From Dyadobacter sp. NIV53 (GTDB lineage: Bacteria; Bacteroidota; Bacteroidia; Cytophagales; Spirosomataceae): a stretch of 32,000 nucleotides of DNA. The stretch covers positions 3,526,276 to 3,558,275 of the forward strand of contig NZ_CP081299.1 of the NCBI RefSeq assembly GCF_019711195.1. Direction: 5' to 3'. Shown in pieces: positions 25,855 through 32,000 of the stretch. The notes beneath the pieces were generated by a model. That model was not told where the DNA came from and ran no database searches. It was given only the letters and a program-made list of their open reading frames with translations. The translations under genes and the position numbers were made by a program. Position 1 is the stretch's first letter. Every line of letters begins with the position of its first letter.

Positions 25855-27418
25855 ATTCTACACGCCGGTTGAGCCTTTGCCCTTCCGGTGTGTCATTTTT
25901 AGCCACAGGTATGGTTTCGCCATAACCTTTACTAGCCACACGATCGGGTTCAATTCCTTTTCCAATCAGATATTCCTGAACAGAATCGGCACGGTCCTGT
26001 GATAATTTAAGGTTAAATTCATCACCACCCACGTTGTCTGTATGCCCGCCCAGTTCGATCGTAAGTGTTTTGTTTTCCGTCAAAGTATTAGCAATCCGGT
26101 TCAGCTCCGGATAAGACTCGGTTGTCAGTGCAGATTTTCCGGTGGCAAAAAATATGTTGTTCAATCGTACAATCTGGCCTTCTTCAATCGGAATCAACTT
26201 TAAAGATTTATTACCGATATCACTGAAATCCTTTGACTTCCCATCAGCCGTTGAATCAGTTAGATCAATGTTTTCACCTTCTGCTATGAAATCCGTGGCC
26301 ACTGCACGAAAGCTGTACTTTTTACCTTTTGGAAGTACGATCTTATACTCCCCGGTTGTTGGATTAGTAGTTGCAGTTCCAACTTCTTCACCACTGTCAA
26401 GATCTTCATAAATAATGGTAGCCTCTACCGGTTTCCCGGTTTTGGAATTAATCACTTTTCCGCTGATCATCGCAACAGGATCAGATGTGGGAAGCGTAGC
26501 AACTGGTGCTTCGGCAGTATCTCCAGGAGTTGGCTTGGGCCTGAGATCATATCTTACAACATCACCTTTTCCCTCAGTTCCCTCAAAAGATACCATATAG
26601 GCATAATCCCCAATGGCTGATATGGTGTAATACGCGTCATATCCCTGTGTATTAATTGCAGGGCCCAGATTCACCGGCCGGCTCCATCTTTTCCAGGATT
26701 TGTCAATACGTTTGCTATAGTAAATATCGTTGCTTCCCTGCCCGCCTTTTCGGTCGCTCGAAAAGTACAGAGTTACGCCATCCGGAGCCAGGAATGGCGT
26801 AGTTTCTGTAAATTCTTCACTGTTTATTTCCGGCCCCAAGTTCAATGGCTTTGACCAGGAGCCGTCTTTTTGTTTAAAACTTACATAAAGATCATCGACT
26901 TTACTGTTCTTCTTTTCGCTAAAAGACATTACCAATACCTTTCCGTCAGTTGAAAGGTATCCGCAGTCAAACTGCCCTTTACTTATTTTCGAATAGCCGG
27001 GAATGTCAATTTTATTTGGAGCCGCCCAGCCCCGCGCCGTTTTTTTACTCGTTGAAAAACCACGCGTTTCATAAACGCCGTTTTTATAAGCGCCTTTGAT
27101 TAAAAGCGTGTTGCCATCAGGTGTAATACTGTATAAACTATTATAATCTTCCTTATTTAGCGGAGCAGGTAACCTCCTTGCCTGGGTCCAGACTTCATTT
27201 TTTAGCTCCGAATACCATATATCCTGGCTTCCTTTTGCTCCATGCGTATTCTGCGGATGACTTACCCTCGAAAAATAGATCGTTTTTCCATCCGGAGAGA
27301 TCGTCGGGGAAATCTCGTTATATTCTGTATTTACGGTTTTCCCAAGGCTTTCCAGTTGCGCATGAGTTGTTGTAAAAACCGAAGAAGCAATAATCAGAAG
27401 TAATAAGATTCGCATCAT
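25835..27418 (-). CDS. OmpA-family protein with TolB-like beta-propeller repeats and a C-terminal OmpA domain
   Basis: Signal peptide, then repeats SPDGKTIYFS, TPDGNTLL, STDGKVLV and APDGVTLYFSSDR. C-terminal NNIFFATGKSAL...GGHTDNVGG...NRRVEFKI. Confidence 0.85.
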   Translation of the reverse strand: MMRILLLLIIASSVFTTTHAQLESLGKTVNTEYNEISPTISPDGKTIYFSRVSHPQNTHGAKGSQDIWYSELKNEVWTQARRLPAPLNKEDYNSLYSITPDGNTLLIKGAYKNGVYETRGFSTSKKTARGWAAPNKIDIPGYSKISKGQFDCGYLSTDGKVLVMSFSEKKNSKVDDLYVSFKQKDGSWSKPLNLGPEINSEEFTETTPFLAPDGVTLYFSSDRKGGQGSNDIYYSKRIDKSWKRWSRPVNLGPAINTQGYDAYYTISAIGDYAYMVSFEGTEGKGDVVRYDLRPKPTPGDTAEAPVATLPTSDPVAMISGKVINSKTGKPVEATIIYEDLDSGEEVGTATTNPTTGEYKIVLPKGKKYSFRAVATDFIAEGENIDLTDSTADGKSKDFSDIGNKSLKLIPIEEGQIVRLNNIFFATGKSALTTESYPELNRIANTLTENKTLTIELGGHTDNVGGDEFNLKLSQDRADSVQEYLIGKGIEPDRVASKGYGETIPVAKNDTPEGQRLNRRVEFKILKK

Positions 27419-27487
27419 TTTATTAGAGGATATTGTAGTAGTGCAGTATTCGGATTCGCCGGATTAATGTTTCAATCTAAAAAACAG

Positions 27488-28093
27488 TTATTCCAGTCTG
27501 TTATTATCAACATATAACGACTTATCAAGCGGCTTATTTCCTTTATTGTGCAAACGGAAATCTTCCATTTTATCCAGAAGCGTAACTGCATCTCCTGCCA
27601 CAACAAGTAACTGATGGTTATTAGTATGTAAAAAACCTTCTTCTACCATTTTATCAAGCTGTAAAAGAAGCAAGTCATAATACCCGTTGATATTAAGCAG
27701 GCCAACCGGCCCGTCAAAAATTTGTAATTGAGCCCATGTCAAAATCTCAAACAGCTCATCGAATGTGCCATATCCACCCGGAAGTGCAATAACGCCGTCA
27801 GAAATAGATACCATTTTGGCTTTTCTTTCATGCATTGTATCAACCAAATGCAGTTCGGTCAGCGTTTTTTGAGCTACTTCCAGCTTCGCCAAAAAATTTG
27901 GAATAATTCCTGTTACGGAGCCTCCGTTTTCCATAGCCCCATCAGAAACACGGCCCATAAGTCCCATGTTTCCCCCACCATAAATTAACCTGATTTGCCT
28001 GCGGGCAAGTTCTTCGCCTAACGCATAAGCAGTTTGACCATAAACCGGGCTTTTGCCCATATTTGAACCACAGTAAACAACAATAGAACGCAT
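27488..28093 (-). CDS. LOG-family protein (TIGR00730; cytokinin riboside 5'-monophosphate phosphoribohydrolase-like)
   Basis: VVYCGSN..., GGGNMGLMG and the PGGYGTFDELFE motifs. Confidence 0.9.
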   Translation of the reverse strand: MRSIVVYCGSNMGKSPVYGQTAYALGEELARRQIRLIYGGGNMGLMGRVSDGAMENGGSVTGIIPNFLAKLEVAQKTLTELHLVDTMHERKAKMVSISDGVIALPGGYGTFDELFEILTWAQLQIFDGPVGLLNINGYYDLLLLQLDKMVEEGFLHTNNHQLLVVAGDAVTLLDKMEDFRLHNKGNKPLDKSLYVDNNRLE

Positions 28094-28158
28094 TTAGTAA
28101 CTTTTAAGATTTATAATTTGACCGTTAGCCTTTTGACCATTTAAACCTGGTCAATCCT

Positions 28159-29547
28159 TTAACCCAATTTTAAAACTTCCTCTACCAATTCTTTCAAATC
28201 CATATCTCCGAAAGTCCCGGAGCTCATCAGTAATAAATTCGAATTTTCCCAGTCCTGTGTTTTCAGAAAATCAGCAAGCTTACTGGAATCTGTGAAAATT
28301 TCCAGGTTATCCCGTTTAAAAGCAGTTCTAATATCTTCTTCCGTAAGCGCTTCAAGTTTTTTGTGTTCAATTGTCAACGGATTAAAATAGACAACAGCAA
28401 TATCAGCAGCATTTAGTTTTCTTCTGTATTGTTTTAAAAACTCTTTATTAAGGCTGCTGAATGTGTGTAATTCGGCTACGGCTACCAACGTCCGCTCGGG
28501 AAATTGCTCTTTCAAAGCAGACGTCGTTGCACCCACTTTTGACGGAGCATGTGCAAAGTCACGATAAACAAGTGTATCCGAATTTTTGCCAAGCAATTCC
28601 ATCCGTTTTGATGCTCCCTTAAACGTGCGGATTGCATTGTAAAATTCTTCATCCGTGAGGCCGATCCGCTCACAAACTGCATGCGCACCGCTTATATTTT
28701 TCATATTGTGATCGCCAAAAACTAAAATAGGGACCTCGCCCAGTTCGCTGGTAATCAGGATCGTTTTTCCGTCAACAATTTTGTTCGGATGGACATTATA
28801 AGGCGTGCTTATAACATCAGGCCTTTCTTTCTGGCCTATTACATCCAGCATATCATCCGTTTCATCAAAAATAATCGCACCTGCTTTCGGTAAGGAATCC
28901 GCTAATGATTCAAATTGTTTTACATACAATTCCCAGGTTGGAAAAACATTGAAATGATCCCAGGCAATACCGCTGATCAATGCAATATGCGGCTGATAAT
29001 GCATAAACTTGGGTGTCAGATCAATCGGAGATGTAAAATATTCATCCCCTTCGATCACAATTAACGGCGCTTCATTGGACAACTTAACCATGTTGTCAAA
29101 ACCTTCAATCTGTGCACCAACCAGATAATTAAAAATGCGGTTGTTGAATTTTAAAGCATGCAGGATCATGGAAGTAATTGTAGTTTTTCCATGGCTGCCG
29201 GCTATCACAACGCGCTGTTTATTTTCACTTTGTTCAAAAATATATTCTGGATATGAATAAATTTTAATACCAAGTTCTCTCGCTTTGGCAAGCTCCGGAT
29301 TATCCTGCCGGGCATGCATGCCTAATATTACTGCTTCCAGGTCGGAAGTTATCTTCTCGGGAAACCATCCTGTCATCGCCGGCAGCAATTCATATTTAAC
29401 CAGGCGACTTACAGACGGTTCATATATTTCATCATCAGAGCCGGTTATGATAAAGCCTTTCAGATGAAGTTCGATAGCAAGGTTGTGCATTACACTTCCT
29501 CCTATCGATATAAAATGTATTTTTCGGGCAGATGAAATTTCACTCAT
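28159..29547 (-). CDS. mpl: Mur ligase family, Mpl-type (UDP-N-acetylmuramate:L-Ala-gamma-D-Glu-meso-DAP ligase-like)
   Basis: KIHFISIGGSVMHNLAIEL...GSDD... then the P-loop AGSHGKTTITSMI and the Mur ligase middle and C domains. 462 aa. Confidence 0.75.
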   Translation of the reverse strand: MSEISSARKIHFISIGGSVMHNLAIELHLKGFIITGSDDEIYEPSVSRLVKYELLPAMTGWFPEKITSDLEAVILGMHARQDNPELAKARELGIKIYSYPEYIFEQSENKQRVVIAGSHGKTTITSMILHALKFNNRIFNYLVGAQIEGFDNMVKLSNEAPLIVIEGDEYFTSPIDLTPKFMHYQPHIALISGIAWDHFNVFPTWELYVKQFESLADSLPKAGAIIFDETDDMLDVIGQKERPDVISTPYNVHPNKIVDGKTILITSELGEVPILVFGDHNMKNISGAHAVCERIGLTDEEFYNAIRTFKGASKRMELLGKNSDTLVYRDFAHAPSKVGATTSALKEQFPERTLVAVAELHTFSSLNKEFLKQYRRKLNAADIAVVYFNPLTIEHKKLEALTEEDIRTAFKRDNLEIFTDSSKLADFLKTQDWENSNLLLMSSGTFGDMDLKELVEEVLKLG

Positions 29548-29691
29548 TGGTAATTATAAAACTGATTCGAAGCGAAGTTAACAAGAATTGATCTTAGGGC
29601 AAATTTGACAGGATTGCCATTAAGCAAAAACAGGAATTAAACAGAGCCATTTACTCCGAATAATCCCTGATAATTTTTTTGAAAATAATAT

Positions 29692-30357
29692 TTACACTGC
29701 CTTCCGGAAATCCTTTACCAATGTTATGCTTTCAGCCACTTTCTGTTGTATCCAGCTATAATTTCCTTCTGCAAGAATATCTTTTGGGAAAAGATTAGAA
29801 CCCAGCCCCACTGCATAAACTCCGGCACCAAACCATTCTTCAATACTTTCCTTGGTTGGCTGTACCCCGCCGGTTACCATAATTTTCACATTTGGCATAG
29901 GCCCTTTTATCGCCTTCACGAATTTTGAACCTACTACATCACCCGGAAATAACTTCACGACTTCCGCTCCTGCCTGCTGTGCGTTATAAATTTCGGTAAG
30001 CGTGCTGATTCCCGGTATCCAGGGAATATTTGCAGTGGCGCAAACCTGCCCGACTTCTGGATTAAGACAAGGTGTAACGATAAAATCTGTACCGGCATCA
30101 ACAAATTTCCGCGCTGTTGCAGCATCATATACCGTGCCAATTCCAAGCGATAATCCCGGCAGGCTTTCTTTTACATAAGCCAGCAGTTCCACAAAAACAT
30201 TGTAGGCATTTTCACCGCGATTGGTAAATTCAAATACACGTGCACCTCCGCGGTAACTTGCATTTATCACTTCTTTAACCACTTCTATATCAGAATGATA
30301 AAAAAGCGGCAATACGCCTACTTCGTTCAGAAGTACCAATGTTGTTTCTCTGTTCAT
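29692..30357 (-). CDS. eda: KDPG / 4-hydroxy-2-oxoglutarate aldolase
   Basis: 221 aa. ...GARVFEFTNR..., GIGTV and VVKLFPG (the Schiff-base Lys region) are typical of Eda. It lies directly downstream of kdgK. Confidence 0.85.
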   Translation of the reverse strand: MNRETTLVLLNEVGVLPLFYHSDIEVVKEVINASYRGGARVFEFTNRGENAYNVFVELLAYVKESLPGLSLGIGTVYDAATARKFVDAGTDFIVTPCLNPEVGQVCATANIPWIPGISTLTEIYNAQQAGAEVVKLFPGDVVGSKFVKAIKGPMPNVKIMVTGGVQPTKESIEEWFGAGVYAVGLGSNLFPKDILAEGNYSWIQQKVAESITLVKDFRKAV

Positions 30358-30405
30358 ATTTATTTTAGCTATAAGCTGCCAGCGGTTAGCTTTTTTAACA
30401 TCTTA

Positions 30406-30473
30406 AATATTCAACTTACAATTTTCAATGTTCAGAGCTTTACTTAAACATTGAAAATTGAGCATTGAATATT
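30406..30473. promoter_or_regulatory. 68-nt composite palindrome between kdgK and eda
   Basis: Inner arms are caattttcaatgtt (30419-30432) and aacattgaaaattg (30447-30460), 14 bp and perfect. Outer arms are aatattcaa (30406-30414) and ttgaatatt (30465-30473), 9 bp and perfect. Confidence 0.5.
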
Positions 30474-30482
30474 CCTTTTCTA

Positions 30483-31481
30483 TTATCTCTTTATCCTGCC
30501 TGAGGTTTCTCCCTGCCGGATCGCTTCTACTTCTGCAATGGTTGATATTAAAGCATCTCCTTCGATCGTATGTTTCAATGCTGATGCGGCTACACCAAAT
30601 TCGAGTGCTTTCTGGTCATCACCATCAAAAGAGATCAAACCATGGATCAAACCTGCAATAAACGCATCGCCTCCGCCTACACGGTCTATAATTGGATTGA
30701 TCTCAATATCAGCTGTTTCCAGTAATTCATTACCATTCCACATCATGGCCCGCAACAGATTGTGAGAAGCGCTGATTGAAGTCCTTTTCGTATCAATAAT
30801 TTTGCTTACCTGCGGAAAAGCCTTCTGTAAGTTGACACTCGATTCAACAAAATCGTTTCCTTCAATGCCAAAAATTTCAAGAATGTTTTCCTTGTTGGCA
30901 ATCACAATGTCGGTTCCGGCGGTCAGTTCGGGCAAAATATCAGATGGCTTTTTCCCATATTTCCATAGATTGGCGCGGTAAAAAATATCTCCGGATACCT
31001 TCAATCCATATTTACATGCGGTTTTTATACCTTTCAGCAAGGCATCAGCAGCTCCTTGTGACAATGCAGGTGTAATTCCGGCCCAATGAAACCATTTGGC
31101 ATCTTTCAGGATTTCATCCCAGTTAATTTCTTTCGGGTCTATTTCGGCAAGAGAAGAATTAGCACGGTCGTAAACGATCTGGCTTCCTCTTAATGCAGTC
31201 CCTGTTTCCAGGAAATAAACGGCCATACGCGGCCCGCCATAAATTATGTGCGAAATATCAACTCCATGAAAATGAAGATATTGTGCCGCTGCCCTGCCAA
31301 TCGGCGAATCAGGAAAACGTGTTACATGTGCAGTATGATGTCCCCAATATGCCAACGCAGATGAAACATTTGCTTCGCCGCCAGCATACGTAACATTCAA
31401 TTGACGTGCTTGTTCAAAACGGGAAAAACCAGGAGTGGAAAGTCGCATAAGCACTTCACCAAAAGAAACAATCTGAGCCAT
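30483..31481 (-). CDS. kdgK: 2-dehydro-3-deoxygluconokinase (PfkB family)
   Basis: 332 aa. The N-terminus VSFGEVLMRLSTPG, YAGGEANV and the PfkB signature DRVGGGDAFIAGLIHG are present. Confidence 0.85.
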   Translation of the reverse strand: MAQIVSFGEVLMRLSTPGFSRFEQARQLNVTYAGGEANVSSALAYWGHHTAHVTRFPDSPIGRAAAQYLHFHGVDISHIIYGGPRMAVYFLETGTALRGSQIVYDRANSSLAEIDPKEINWDEILKDAKWFHWAGITPALSQGAADALLKGIKTACKYGLKVSGDIFYRANLWKYGKKPSDILPELTAGTDIVIANKENILEIFGIEGNDFVESSVNLQKAFPQVSKIIDTKRTSISASHNLLRAMMWNGNELLETADIEINPIIDRVGGGDAFIAGLIHGLISFDGDDQKALEFGVAASALKHTIEGDALISTIAEVEAIRQGETSGRIKR

Positions 31482-31749
31482 ATTTTAAGTAATTGACGAT
31501 CAAAAACAATTAAATCGTCCCGGGTAAATAAATAAAATCAGTTAAAAATAAGTGCATTAGAATTAGAAATCAATGCAATGCATCCGGCAAAAGCATTTTC
31601 CATTGGTAGACCTGGTATGTAGCAATAACATAATGAGACAGTACTTCTTCGTTCCATCGTAACGTTTGGTGATTATTTAATTGACAAACACTAAGCGTAG
31701 CTATGGCAAGCCTGAAATTGTTTTAATTCGTTTTTTTCCTACCGACTAA

Positions 31750-31766
31750 ATGTTCCGCCGGAACAT
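31750..31766. promoter_or_regulatory. 8-1-8 perfect palindrome ATGTTCCG-C-CGGAACAT (candidate operator)
   Basis: Seen directly, about 270 nt upstream of the kdgK start in an ORF-free region. Confidence 0.25.
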
Positions 31767-31871
31767 GCCAGAACTTAGCTGCACATTACTCGGATATTTA
31801 TTGCTGCCTGCGAAATATTTCTCAGTAACGTTTGCCTGACAACTATTCATTAAATTAATAACTGTTTTACA

Positions 31872-31905
31872 TCAAAATAGCCCTTAACATTACGTTTTGG
31901 GCTAT
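31872..31905 (-). terminator. Terminator of the upstream minus-strand gene
   Basis: On the minus strand, stem atagccc / gggctat (31899-31905 and 31877-31883) with a 15-nt loop, followed by TTTT. It lies 42 nt downstream of the stop at 31947. Confidence 0.5.
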
Positions 31906-31946
31906 CTGTTTCTGGTTTAAAGCTTTATATTTTTAAAACCTACCTT

Positions 31947-32000
31947 TTAAAACCCGAAATAATTCTTTGCATTGTTGTACGAAATATCTTCAACTACCTT
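31947..32000 (-). CDS. 3' end (17 codons) of a gene continuing beyond the window; the C-terminus resembles a uronate isomerase/amidohydrolase-type ending
   Basis: The minus-strand frame open from base 32000 reads KVVEDISYNNAKNYFGF then TAA (31947-31949). The I-x-Y-x-NA-x-x-YF ending and the kdgK-eda neighbourhood suggest UxaC, but 17 residues are too few for a firm call. Confidence 0.35.
   Translation of the reverse strand, partial: KVVEDISYNNAKNYFGF

Noticed and set aside
12237-28093. GH3 (auxin-conjugating family) and LOG (cytokinin-activating family) in the same window as a possible 'phytohormone' system
   Set aside because: The genes are 14 kb apart, sit in different transcription units and are separated by unrelated housekeeping genes. 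Both families are widespread singletons in Bacteroidota, so there is no evidence of linkage.
31572-31975. Inverted 8-mer pair caatgcaa / ttgcattg flanking the kdgK upstream region (possible invertible promoter)
   Set aside because: Only 8 contiguous matching bases (10 of 12 with mismatches). The right copy lies inside the C-terminal codons of the upstream gene, and there is no recombinase nearby.
1-32000. Search for CRISPR arrays, tRNA/rRNA genes, IS elements, integrases, toxin-antitoxin pairs, retron/DGR-type reverse transcriptases and defence-island gene sets
   Set aside because: I saw no regularly spaced direct repeats, no transposase-, integrase- or RT-like ORFs and no small adjacent gene pairs of TA type. 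All ORFs longer than 100 codons are explained by ordinary metabolic, envelope or housekeeping families, or are antisense shadows.

Overview
This window looks like an ordinary chromosomal segment of a Bacteroidota genome, probably Cytophagia- or Sphingobacteriia-like. Supporting signs are TAnnTTTG -7 promoter boxes, almost no Shine-Dalgarno sequences, a TonB-receptor/lipoprotein pair, and WG-repeat, GH3 and DUF62 families. I can support about 28 protein genes. They include the 3' part of a DEAD-box helicase, prfA, ispE, ssb, a xylulokinase, kdgK-eda, an Mpl-type Mur ligase, a LOG-family protein and an OmpA-family protein. Others are an M28 peptidase, an aldo/keto reductase, an EamA transporter, a VOC/glyoxalase protein, two thioredoxin-fold proteins, a Cox3-like protein, a membrane AraC regulator and an acyltransferase-3 protein. 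The clearest non-coding element is a cobalamin riboswitch on the minus strand (about 7236-7460) with a textbook B12 box. It drives a BtuB-like TonB receptor and a beta-propeller lipoprotein. Three genes (the helicase tail, a TPR protein and a TetA-like MFS transporter) are interrupted or shortened in a way that one extra A/T in a short homopolymer run would repair. That points to assembly indel error, with real decay or ribosomal slippage as alternatives. Intergenic DNA holds many strong palindromes, including a 30-nt element present twice and a 68-nt composite hairpin between kdgK and eda. I found no CRISPR array, tRNA or rRNA gene, transposase, integrase or defence-island-type gene set. I cannot honestly name a convincing new multi-gene system here. 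The best leads are the B12 uptake module, the -1 frame junctions, a DUF3365-like lipoprotein with CxxCM instead of CxxCH, a signal-peptide-bearing SAM hydrolase homologue, and several candidate operator palindromes.
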